A DNA stretch of 64,000 nt. Origin: Aquabacterium sp. Its GTDB lineage: Bacteria; Pseudomonadota; Gammaproteobacteria; Burkholderiales; Burkholderiaceae_C. Location: positions 13,892 to 77,891 of the forward strand of contig JBILYN010000001.1 of the NCBI GenBank assembly GCA_044377715.1, written 5' to 3'. The notes beneath the pieces are model-generated. The model had not been told where the DNA came from and did not search any database. It saw only the letters and a program-made list of their open reading frames with translations. A program made the translations under genes and the position numbers. Of the stretch, positions 51,044 to 59,532 are shown one piece after another (the first letter of the stretch is position 1; each line of letters opens with the position of its first letter).

Positions 51044-51516
51044 CAGGTCTCCGGGGGCAACAACAAAGCGATCACAGCCTGCCATTCGGTGGCGGTGACG
51101 GGGGTGATCGACAGCCGGTTGCCAGGTTTGAGCAAGACCATCGTCGAGAGTTCGGGTCGCCCGCGCATCTCGCGCAGCGACAGCAACCGGGTCTTGTCGA
51201 CCAGCCTGACGGCCACTTGCAGCCAACGCGGCGAGTCGGGTTGCGACTTGGCGTCGAAGTACTGGCTCGAAGGATCGAACTGGGTGGCATCCGGGCCGGC
51301 TTCGCTGACCACTTCGGCCAGGCCCGCCACGCCGGGCAAGGCGCAGGACGAGTGGTAGAACAACACGCCGTCGCCGGGCCGCATCGCATCGCGCATGAAG
51401 TTGCGCGCCTGGTAATTGCGCACACCCACCCAGCTCAGGGTCTGACCGGGTGCCTGTGCCAGATCGTCGATCGAGCAGTCTGCAGGCTCGCTTTTCATCA
51501 ACCAGTGGCGTGGCAT
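51043..51516 (-). CDS. EVE domain protein
   Basis: HWLMKSEP, WVGVRNYQARNFMRD, FYHSSC, DATQFDPSS, RLSITPV. Confidence 0.93.
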   Translation of the reverse strand: MPRHWLMKSEPADCSIDDLAQAPGQTLSWVGVRNYQARNFMRDAMRPGDGVLFYHSSCALPGVAGLAEVVSEAGPDATQFDPSSQYFDAKSQPDSPRWLQVAVRLVDKTRLLSLREMRGRPELSTMVLLKPGNRLSITPVTATEWQAVIALLLPPET

Positions 51517-51520
51517 GGGT

Positions 51521-51696
51521 GTCCGTTGCGAACCGTGAGCCGCATTCCTGATCCCTAAGGGAGGATCAGGTGGGCGAGGTCAGCGAAGCTTCGGGTTCAT
51601 CTGACGCGAGACGATCACACCAGCCTCGCAATATCCCAAGCCCTGGCTCAATGAGCATCGGATCAAGGAAATTAGACTCACGCAAACGCAACGGAC
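51521..51696 (-). ncRNA. ssrS: 6S RNA
   Basis: Downstream of zapA; closing stem GTCCGTTGCG/CGCAACGGAC; internal ATTTCCTTGA, GAACCCGAAG, GCCCACCTGATCC..GGATCAGG; -10-like TAGAAT at 51703-51708. Confidence 0.88.
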
Positions 51697-51753
51697 GATC
51701 CCATTCTAAGCATGCCGGCGGGGTGCCGGGCTGTTGAAAGGCTGCGAAAAATT

Positions 51754-52080
51754 TCACAGCAGTTGGCCGTCGTCGCCAAGTGCCTGGTCGATGCGGCGGA
51801 TCAAGTGGTCGACGTCTAGCGTGCCGGCTTCGGTCGCCACAGCGACGGCCGCACTGCTGGCCGGCAGCGGTGCGACATGGGCATGCTCTGCGCGTTGGTA
51901 TGCGAGGTTCAGCGCAGTCAGCACGGCGATTCGCTCGCGCGCCTTGACCTTGCCAGCATCGCGAATCAGGCTCATCTCCCGGTCGACGATGGCCACCGCC
52001 TCGCGCAGCAGGGCTTCGCCGTCGGGCGGACAGGACAGCATGTAGCTCTGGCCCAGGATGGTGGTTTCGACCTGCTTCAT
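51754..52080 (-). CDS. zapA: Cell division protein ZapA
   Basis: MKQVETTILGQSY, AVAIVDREM, ERIAVLTALN. Confidence 0.9.
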   Translation of the reverse strand: MKQVETTILGQSYMLSCPPDGEALLREAVAIVDREMSLIRDAGKVKARERIAVLTALNLAYQRAEHAHVAPLPASSAAVAVATEAGTLDVDHLIRRIDQALGDDGQLL

Positions 52081-52319
52081 GCGATGTTCCGGTCGGCTGC
52101 GCTGACTGGATCGGCCGGTTTGGGCGCCGCGTCGGTGGGCAAGCGGTCCAGCAGTGCGTCAATGCGGGCACGGGCCGCAGCCAGCCTGGATTTCAGGCTG
52201 TCGCGCTCGCTGCTCACGCTGCCCAGTTGTTGCTCGAGCAGCGCATTGGTGCGCTTGAGTTCCTCGTGCCGCAGCACCAGGCGTTCGATTCGCTCGGCAA
52301 GATCATCGAGTCTCGACAT
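52077..52319 (-). CDS. Small coiled-coil protein (ZapB/DUF904-like)
   Basis: MSRLDDLAERIERLVLRHEELKRTN..ERDSLKSRL; ATGA-coupled to zapA. Confidence 0.8.
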   Translation of the reverse strand: MSRLDDLAERIERLVLRHEELKRTNALLEQQLGSVSSERDSLKSRLAAARARIDALLDRLPTDAAPKPADPVSAADRNIA

Positions 52320-52414
52320 GGGCTGCAGCCGCTTCCAGTAGGTGAGCCTCATTGTAGGCGGCGGGTCGGGACGATCGACCCGCAGGTTTGCAACTCGGCG
52401 CCTGCGGTAGGATT

Positions 52415-52678
52415 GCCGCTGTTGGTGCTCCGGCCGCTTGTCAAAAGATGGCTGGGTTAAACGGGAAGCAGGAAGGCTGCCATCCAGCGGATGGCGAGCT
52501 TGCAACCAATCGGTCGCAGTCTCAACAGCCCAACCTGCGCTGCCCCCGCAACGGTAAGCGGACGGAATTTGACAGACCTTGCGGTCAGCCGATTCCCGCT
52601 CCTGTGTCTGACGCCACTGACCGTGTCCACGGTTGGGAAGGCCACAGGGGTTGTTTCCGCCAGCCCGGATACCGGCCA
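52415..52678 (+). promoter_or_regulatory. Cobalamin riboswitch
   Basis: GGTGC, TTAAACGGGAAGCAGG, CCTGCGCTGCCCCCGCAACGGTAAG, GCCACTG, TGGGAAGG, GCCAGCCCGGATACCGGCC, all upstream of btuB. Boundaries approximate. Confidence 0.92.
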
Positions 52679-52768
52679 ACAGGGGGCTGCACGCGCCTTG
52701 CGCGTGTGGCCACATTGGCCGGCGATCGCGGGGAAGCGGGAGCAGGCGGGCACGGCATTTCTTCTTCC

Positions 52769-54616
52769 ATGACTCCATTCCTCAAGGCGCGCTGCGTCAT
52801 CTCTGCGCTGGGCGTGTGCCTGACGTTTCTGTCTTGTTTCGCCGTCGCCGATGACGCCGCGACGGTGGTCGTCACTGCTGCGCGATCTCCACAGTTGCTC
52901 ACTGACGCGCTGCCTCACACCACTGTTTTGCTGCGTCAGGACATCGAACGCTCGCAGGCGGTGGACCTGCCAGCCTTGCTGGCCGCCGAGGCCGGTGTGC
53001 AGTTCGCCAGCAACGGTGGGCGTGGCACTGTGACCTCGTTGTTTCTGCGCGGTGCGCCGACGCGCCAGGTGCTGGTGCTGGTCGACGGCGTCATGCTGTC
53101 GCGCCAGGACGCGACGGGGCTGGTCGGCATTGAGCATCTGATGCTCGACCAGGTCGAGCGCATCGAAATCGTCCGTGGCAATGTTTCGGCGCTGTACGGC
53201 GGCGGGGCCGTAGGCGGCGTGATCCAGGTCTTCACCCGCCGGGCCGACGCCACACCGCAAGCCAGCCTTAGGATCGAAGCCGGTGCGCGCGGCTTGGTCC
53301 ACGGCGCGGCCCAGACCACCGCGCAATTCGGCAGCACCCAGGTCTCCTTTGGTGTGTCGCGTGTTTCGGACCAGGGTTTTTCTGCACTGGATCCGGCCCA
53401 GGTGCCCCCTGCCAACCCCGATCGCGACGGCTACCGCAACACCAGTGCGTCGCTCAAGCTGTCGCAGGCACTTGCCGAAGGGCATCGCCTGGGCTTGGCT
53501 TGGGTGCACAGCGACGGCAGGCTCGATTACGACAGCGCTTATGCCACCCCGGCCGACGTGCAAACCAGCCGTACTCGCAAGGACTTGCTGAGCTTGAGCA
53601 GCGATGACCAGATCACTGCGACCTGGTCCAGCCGCTTGAGCCTGTCGACCCAGCGCGATGATGCGCGCTACGACGAGAGCGGTGACTTCGGCTTTGCCGG
53701 CCGCTACAAGACCACGGTCGATGCGCTGAACTGGGCCCACAACATCAGCCTGTCGCCGGCCACGGCACTGAGTGCCGGCGTCGACTTGCAGCGCCAGCGC
53801 ATCGTCGCCGACGACGGTTTCGGCGGGACCTTTGACAAGTCGCGCCAGGTCTCGGCCTGGTTTGCCGGCCTGCAATCTCGCCTGGGCGACCACGATCTGG
53901 CGTTCAATCTGAGGCGCGACCAAGTCGGCGGCGTCGGGTCGCGCAGCAGCGGCAGCCTGGCCTGGGGCTGGCAGGTGGCGCCAGCTTGGAAGCTGATAGG
54001 CAACCTCGGCAACGCCTTCAGCGCACCGCCTCTGGGCTACTTGTACGCGCCTTTTTACGGCAACCCGGCGCTGCAGCCTGAGCTGGCACGTTCGGTCGAG
54101 GCGGGGCTGCAATGGGCGCTGGCCGGCCAGCGGCTGCGGGCCACGCTGTTCCAGACCCGGGTCAGCCAGGAATTGGAGTACGACACGGTCAGCAACAGTT
54201 TCGGCAATGTCGCGCGCACACGCAACCGTGGGCTCGAGGTGTCCTACAGCGGTCGTATTGGCCGCAGCGACCTTCGCGCCAGCCTGACGGCGCAGAACCC
54301 GATCGATGCCAGCAGCGGCGCGCAGCGCTTGCGCCGGAGTCAGTCACTGGCCTCGGCTGCGCTTTCGCAGGAGCTCGTTGGCGGCTGGCGCACTGGCCTG
54401 GCGGTCCGCGCGGTCGGTGCTCGGCCCGACAGCGGCGATGTAGCGCTACCGGCCTATGTGGTGGCCGACCTGACCGCGCAGTGGCACATCAACCGCGACC
54501 TGCAATGGTTCGGCAGGGTCGAGAACCTGGGCGATGCGCGCTACCAGACCGCCAGCGGCTACGCCCAACCCGGGCGCGGGCTGTTCACCGGCCTGCGCTG
54601 GCGGCTGTCTCTCTGA
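52769..54616 (+). CDS. btuB: TonB-dependent cobalamin receptor
   Basis: VVVTAARSPQ, SLFLRG, VLVLVDGV, IEIVRGNVSALYG, YQTASGYAQPGR; follows the B12 riboswitch. Confidence 0.88.
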   Translation: MTPFLKARCVISALGVCLTFLSCFAVADDAATVVVTAARSPQLLTDALPHTTVLLRQDIERSQAVDLPALLAAEAGVQFASNGGRGTVTSLFLRGAPTRQVLVLVDGVMLSRQDATGLVGIEHLMLDQVERIEIVRGNVSALYGGGAVGGVIQVFTRRADATPQASLRIEAGARGLVHGAAQTTAQFGSTQVSFGVSRVSDQGFSALDPAQVPPANPDRDGYRNTSASLKLSQALAEGHRLGLAWVHSDGRLDYDSAYATPADVQTSRTRKDLLSLSSDDQITATWSSRLSLSTQRDDARYDESGDFGFAGRYKTTVDALNWAHNISLSPATALSAGVDLQRQRIVADDGFGGTFDKSRQVSAWFAGLQSRLGDHDLAFNLRRDQVGGVGSRSSGSLAWGWQVAPAWKLIGNLGNAFSAPPLGYLYAPFYGNPALQPELARSVEAGLQWALAGQRLRATLFQTRVSQELEYDTVSNSFGNVARTRNRGLEVSYSGRIGRSDLRASLTAQNPIDASSGAQRLRRSQSLASAALSQELVGGWRTGLAVRAVGARPDSGDVALPAYVVADLTAQWHINRDLQWFGRVENLGDARYQTASGYAQPGRGLFTGLRWRLSL

Positions 54617-54631
54617 ACAACGCGGCATGAC

Positions 54632-55567
54632 ATGGGCTTGACCGCTACCCGTTTGAGCGTCTTGGCCGCGGGCTTGCTCGGGCTGCTGCTGCTCGCTGTG
54701 CTGGCGGGGCTGGCGCTGGGCAGTGCGGGGCTGGACCGCGAACTGATCATCGAACTGCGCGCTCCCAGGGTGGCGGCGGCGGTGGGCGTGGGCGCGCTGT
54801 TGGCGCTGGCCGGCTTGGCGATGCAGGTGTTGCTGCGCAACCCACTGGCCGATCCCTATGTGCTGGGCACCTCGGGAGGGGCGTCGGTCGGTGGCTTGTT
54901 GGCGCTGATGTCGGGATTGAGCCTGTGGCTGGGCGCCGGCCTGGGTGCGTTGTTGGCCGGCGCCGTGTTGCTGGCTTTGACCCGCGCAGCGCTGGCATCG
55001 ACCGATGACGCGTCGCCTCGGCTGGTGTTGACCGGCGCGATGCTGGCCTCGCTGTGCGGTGCGATCGCCACACTGCTGCTGGCGCTCACGCCCGACCAGC
55101 GCTTGCGCGGGGCCATCTTCTGGCTGGTCGGTGACCTGTCGGGTGCCCAGGGCGGCCTGGGTTGCGGCGCGGCTGCGCTGGTCTTCGCCGCTTGGTTGAG
55201 CTGGCGCGGTCAGGCGATAGACCGCTTGCAACTCGGCAGCGAAGTCGCTGCGCTGCTGGGAGAGCCAGTGCGTCGATTGCGCCTGCTGCTGCTGGTGGCT
55301 GCTTCGCTGGCCGCCGGCTTGGCGGTGGCCTGCGCCGGCGCGATCGGTTTCGTCGGTCTGGTGGTGCCGCAGGCTTTGAGGCTGGTGGGCGTGCAGCGCA
55401 TCCGCGACCTGGCCTGGATGAGCGCGGTCGGCGGCGCTGCCTTGCTCACGCTGGCTGATTTGCTGGCGCGCACCATCGTCGCGCCGCTCGAACTGCCAGT
55501 GGGCGCAGTGATGGCCTTGGTCGGTGCGCCGATGTTCATCGCGGTGCTGGCGCGGGGGCCGCGGTGA
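54632..55567 (+). CDS. FecCD/BtuC-type ABC permease
   Basis: ELRAPR, LLRNPLADPYVLG, GAIGFVGLVVP, ELPVG. Confidence 0.88.
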   Translation: MGLTATRLSVLAAGLLGLLLLAVLAGLALGSAGLDRELIIELRAPRVAAAVGVGALLALAGLAMQVLLRNPLADPYVLGTSGGASVGGLLALMSGLSLWLGAGLGALLAGAVLLALTRAALASTDDASPRLVLTGAMLASLCGAIATLLLALTPDQRLRGAIFWLVGDLSGAQGGLGCGAAALVFAAWLSWRGQAIDRLQLGSEVAALLGEPVRRLRLLLLVAASLAAGLAVACAGAIGFVGLVVPQALRLVGVQRIRDLAWMSAVGGAALLTLADLLARTIVAPLELPVGAVMALVGAPMFIAVLARGPR

Positions 55568-56316
55568 CCGCGACTGTGGCGCCAACGCCCTTGTTGCAGG
55601 CCTGCGGACTGAGTCTGCACGCGGCCGGGCGCTGCTTGGTACAAGGCCTGGACTGGCAGGTTCATCCGGGCGAGCGCTGGTGCGTGATCGGCCGCAATGC
55701 TGCGGGCAAGAGCACGCTGCTGCGTGCACTGGCTGGGCTGCCGGTTCCCGAGCGCAGCGGCGAGCTGCGCTGGCTGGGTCGTGGCCAAGCCGATTGGTCA
55801 GCCGCCGATGCTGCCTGGGCCCGTGCCTATGCGCCGCAGCAGGCAGTCGACCGTTTCCCGCTCAGCGTTCAGCGCCTGCTCGAGCTCTCGGTGGTCCGGC
55901 CTGGGCCGCGGCGAGCGGCCACGCTGCTGGCCGATCTCGATGCCCAGGGGCTGGCCACGCGCGGCGTGATGCAGCTCTCGGGCGGCGAGCGCCAACGCAT
56001 CGCACTGGCGCAATGCGCGCTGCAGGGCGCGCCGTTGATGTTGATGGACGAGCCGGTGTCGTTCCAGGACCCGGCGCACCAGATCCAGGTCGCGCGTTGG
56101 CTGGCCGGGCTGGTCGCACCTGGTACCGACGCTGCGTTGGTGGTCAGCGCGCACGACGTCAACTGGATCGTCCACACCGCGACCCATGTGTTGGCCTTGT
56201 CGGGCGAGGGTCGATGGGAGGCAGGACGCTGCGAAGACTTGATCGACGCGGCGATGCTGCAGCGTGTCTATGGCTGCGCTTGGCGCGAGGTGGGTGGTTT
56301 CTGGGTCGCTGCCTGA
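55564..56316 (+). CDS. ABC ATP-binding protein (BtuD/FepC-like)
   Basis: GRNAAGKST, LSGGERQR, LMDEP, SAHD; GTGA overlap with the permease. Confidence 0.88.
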   Translation: MTATVAPTPLLQACGLSLHAAGRCLVQGLDWQVHPGERWCVIGRNAAGKSTLLRALAGLPVPERSGELRWLGRGQADWSAADAAWARAYAPQQAVDRFPLSVQRLLELSVVRPGPRRAATLLADLDAQGLATRGVMQLSGGERQRIALAQCALQGAPLMLMDEPVSFQDPAHQIQVARWLAGLVAPGTDAALVVSAHDVNWIVHTATHVLALSGEGRWEAGRCEDLIDAAMLQRVYGCAWREVGGFWVAA

Positions 56317-56318
56317 GT

Positions 56319-56393
56319 CGCTCAAGCAAATGTGGCTTTGCCACTTTGTTTGACCCCCATGGGGGGCGGCCGGCTTCGGCCGGCCTCGGGGCG
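56319..56393 (-). repeat. 75-nt triple-hairpin dispersed element, copy 5
   Basis: Begins 1 nt after the btuF-like TGA on the minus strand; lies between convergent genes. Confidence 0.95.
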
Positions 56394-56394
56394 A

Positions 56395-57261
56395 TCAGTG
56401 CCGCGCGCGGTCTATCGCTTCGCACAGCGCTTGCGCGCCGTCGACGAACGCAGGTGTCATCCGCGCCAGCCGGTGGCCTGGCAAAGCCACCAGTTGGCCG
56501 CGCCGAACCGCATCGACGCGGTTGAAACGCCGCCACATGTCGAGCCGGGCCGGTTCGTTGGCCTCGGCGCCAGTGACGACGATCTGCGGGTCGGCGGCGA
56601 TCGCGGCTTCCCAACCCACCGTCGGGGTCTGCGTGGGCTGGCTGCCGAAAACGTTGACACCGCCGCAGGCGCTGATGGCCTCGGCGATCCCGTGCTTGTC
56701 GTTGACCGTCATCAGCGGCTCGTGCCAGAGCTGGTAGAACACACGCACGGGTGTCCGGCCGGCGTAGCGTTCGCGCAGCGCGGCCCAGCGTGACTCGGTC
56801 CGCCCGGCTGCAGCCTCGGCGGCTCGCTCGGTGCCAAACAAGCGTCCGAATTGACGCAGTGTCTGGGCAATGCCTGCCACGCTGCTGATCTCGCTGGCGT
56901 ACAGCGGCAGGCCTAGCGACGGCAGCCGCTGCTGTTGGCGCGGGTTGACGCCGCTGGTCCAGACCAGCAGCAGGTCCGGTCGCAGTGCGGCGATGGCCTC
57001 GAGGTTGATCGCAAACGCGTCGCCGACCACCGGTAGCTTGGTGGCTTCGGCCGGGGAGTCGCTGTATCGCATCACGCCGACCAGGCGGTCACCGGCGCCG
57101 GCGGCAAACACCAATTCGGTCAGATGCGGTGACAGCGCCACTGCGCGGCGCGCCGGGCCCGCGAGCGTCAGCGCCTGGCCGGCATCGTCTTGCAGCGTCA
57201 CCGCAGCATAGGCATTGGACAGGCCGGCCAGCAGCACGGCACCCAACAACCAGCACCTCAT
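56395..57261 (-). CDS. Cobalamin-binding periplasmic protein (BtuF-like)
   Basis: RRAVALSPHLTELVFAAGAG, LEAIAALRPDL, EAISACGGVNVF, WEAAIAADP. ATG overlaps the nth TGA. Confidence 0.82.
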   Translation of the reverse strand: MRCWLLGAVLLAGLSNAYAAVTLQDDAGQALTLAGPARRAVALSPHLTELVFAAGAGDRLVGVMRYSDSPAEATKLPVVGDAFAINLEAIAALRPDLLLVWTSGVNPRQQQRLPSLGLPLYASEISSVAGIAQTLRQFGRLFGTERAAEAAAGRTESRWAALRERYAGRTPVRVFYQLWHEPLMTVNDKHGIAEAISACGGVNVFGSQPTQTPTVGWEAAIAADPQIVVTGAEANEPARLDMWRRFNRVDAVRRGQLVALPGHRLARMTPAFVDGAQALCEAIDRARH

Positions 57262-57896
57262 CGTTTGAGGCTGGCTGCGCCGGTGTCGCACCAGGCCCGC
57301 AGCGCACAGTCACTGCACTTTGGCGAGCGCGCGGTGCAGACATAGCGCCCGTGCAGGATCAGCCAGTGGTGGGCATCGCGGCGGTAGGCCAGCGGTACCC
57401 GTTTGTCGAGCTGTTTTTCTACCGCCTGAGGCGTTTTTCCTGGCGCCAGACCGCTGCGGTTGCAGATCCGGAAGACATGCGTGTCGACCGGGTTGGTCGG
57501 CTCGCCAAACGCGACGTTGAGCACCACGTTGGCGGTCTTGCGGCCAACGCCCGGCAGCGCTTCGAGCGCCTCGCGGCTGCGCGGCACCTGGCCGCCATGC
57601 TGCTCGACCAGGATGCGGCAGGTCTGGATCAGGTGCTTGGCCTTGTTGCGGTACAGGCCGATCGTGCGGATCTGCTCGGCCACCGCTGCCTCGCCCAGCG
57701 CAAGCAACGATTGCGGTGTGCTGGCCAAAGCGAACAGCCGTCGGGTGGCCTTGTTGACGCTGACATCGGTGGCTTGCGCCGACAGCAGCACGGCGGCCAG
57801 CAACTCGAACACCGAGGTGTATTCGAGCTCGCTGGCCGGTTGTGGGTTGGCGGCAGCCAGCGTGGCGAAAAAGGGGGCGATGTGCTGGGTTTTCAT
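57258..57896 (-). CDS. nth: Endonuclease III
   Basis: LLSAQATDVSVN, LPGVGRKTANVV, VDTHVFR, CTARSPKCSDCALRAWC. Confidence 0.97.
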   Translation of the reverse strand: MKTQHIAPFFATLAAANPQPASELEYTSVFELLAAVLLSAQATDVSVNKATRRLFALASTPQSLLALGEAAVAEQIRTIGLYRNKAKHLIQTCRILVEQHGGQVPRSREALEALPGVGRKTANVVLNVAFGEPTNPVDTHVFRICNRSGLAPGKTPQAVEKQLDKRVPLAYRRDAHHWLILHGRYVCTARSPKCSDCALRAWCDTGAASLKR

Positions 57897-57905
57897 CGGC
57901 AGGGT

Positions 57906-58811
57906 TCAGGCCAGTCGGGTCTTGAGTTGCGGCAGCATCTGCACCGCGACGATGCAGGCCAGGATCAGCGCGCAGCCCGCCAGGCCGCTGGTCGTCAACC
58001 GGTCGCCCATCCACCAAGCGCCGAACAGCGCGGCAAACAAGGTCTCGGACGACAGGATGATCGCTGCGTCAGCCGGGGGTGCATGGCGTTGGCCGACCAC
58101 CTGCAAGGTGAAGGCCACGCCCACCGACAGCACGCCGGTGTAGACGATCGCGCCGGAGGCTGCGACCAAGCCCTCGACCGTCAGGGCTTCGGTGCCCAGC
58201 GCCAGCCCGGCGCTGAACATCGCACAGACCGCGAACTGGCCACAGGACAGCAGGAAAGCGCCACGCAGTCGGTTCGCCACCTGGCCCACCAGCAGCACAT
58301 GCACGGCCCAGGGCAGGGCGCTGAGCATGACCCAGACATCGCCAGTCGACAGGGTTTGCATCGATGCGCCGGTCAGCAGCCAGGTGCCGACCAGGCAGCC
58401 TGCAGCAGCGGGCCAGACCATCCAGTGCGGCGACTCGCGTTTGACAAGCAATAACAGTAGCGGCACCAAGGGCACGTAAAGAGCGGTCAGAAAACCGGCG
58501 TTGGTCACACTGGTCGTGACGAGTCCGATTTGCTGCATCACCACGCCGCAGCACAGCAGGCTGCCGAGCGCGACGACCCAGACCGCCTCGGCCCAGCCCG
58601 GTGATCGTCCGTCCGCTCGCAGCTTGTGCCACTCAAGCCAGGCCAGCGGCGCGACCACGGCAGCGCCGAGCGCGAAGCGCAGTGCGGTGAAGCTCAGTGG
58701 CCCGACCGTGGCCATGCCTAGCGACTGGCCGACAAAGGCCGAGCCCCAGATCAGCGCAGCCAGCAGCAGCAAGGCGTTGGCCTTGAGCCGAGTCATCGGC
58801 AGCGCTGTCAC
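57906..58811 (-). CDS. DMT/EamA family transporter
   Basis: LIWGSAFV, TNAGFLTALYVPLVP, FTLQVVGQR, IILSSETLFA. Confidence 0.9.
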   Translation of the reverse strand: MTALPMTRLKANALLLLAALIWGSAFVGQSLGMATVGPLSFTALRFALGAAVVAPLAWLEWHKLRADGRSPGWAEAVWVVALGSLLCCGVVMQQIGLVTTSVTNAGFLTALYVPLVPLLLLLVKRESPHWMVWPAAAGCLVGTWLLTGASMQTLSTGDVWVMLSALPWAVHVLLVGQVANRLRGAFLLSCGQFAVCAMFSAGLALGTEALTVEGLVAASGAIVYTGVLSVGVAFTLQVVGQRHAPPADAAIILSSETLFAALFGAWWMGDRLTTSGLAGCALILACIVAVQMLPQLKTRLA

Positions 58812-59524
58812 GGCTTGTCGCGCTCAGCCTGGCGTGCGCGGGCGCGTGCCAGCGCTGCGTCGATCACTGCGCGCTTGGCGCTGAGGATCGCCGGGTCGGT
58901 GTGGCGGCTGTGGGCTGGCAGGTCGGCCAGCTTGTGCTCGGCTTTGAGCACCAGCCTGTCGTCCTGCTCGCGCTGCAACCGGGCCGCGCGCTGCTGATGG
59001 GCGCCATAGCGCTGCCGGGCTTGGTCGGCTTGGGGCGTCGACCAGGCTTGCCAGCCACTGCGCTCGCCGGTCACAGGCACCAAAGCGATGCAGTCGACTG
59101 GGCACACCGGCAGGCACAGTTCGCAACCCGTGCACAGTGCGTCGATCACCGTGTGCATGCGCTTGGGCGCGCCGATGATGCAGTCGACTGGGCAGGCCTT
59201 GATGCACAGCGTGCAGCCTATGCACCAAGCCTCGTCGATCACTGCCAGTAGGCGCGGGCCTTCCAGGCCTCGGCTGCTGTCGAGCGGCAGCACCGGCCGA
59301 TGGGTGAGTTCGGCCAGCCTGGCGATGCCCTCAGCGCCACCCGGCGGGCAGCGGTTGATCTCGGCTGCACCGGAGGCCACCGCTTCAGCATAAGCCCGGC
59401 AATCGGGGTAGCCACAGCGTGTGCACTGGGTCTGAGGCAGCGCGGCGTCGATTCGATCGACCAGCGTTGCCGGGTCAGCCAGCGTCGGCGACCTGGCGGC
59501 GGATGGTTGAGCGGTGAAATTCAC
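58808..59524 (-). CDS. RnfB/RsxB-like iron-sulfur protein, stand-alone, no N-terminal membrane anchor
   Basis: LPQTQCTRCGYPDC..INRCPPGG; CIGCTLCIKACPVD and CTGCELCLPVCPVD. Confidence 0.88.
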   Translation of the reverse strand: MNFTAQPSAARSPTLADPATLVDRIDAALPQTQCTRCGYPDCRAYAEAVASGAAEINRCPPGGAEGIARLAELTHRPVLPLDSSRGLEGPRLLAVIDEAWCIGCTLCIKACPVDCIIGAPKRMHTVIDALCTGCELCLPVCPVDCIALVPVTGERSGWQAWSTPQADQARQRYGAHQQRAARLQREQDDRLVLKAEHKLADLPAHSRHTDPAILSAKRAVIDAALARARARQAERDKP

Positions 59525-59532
59525 CGCCTCGA

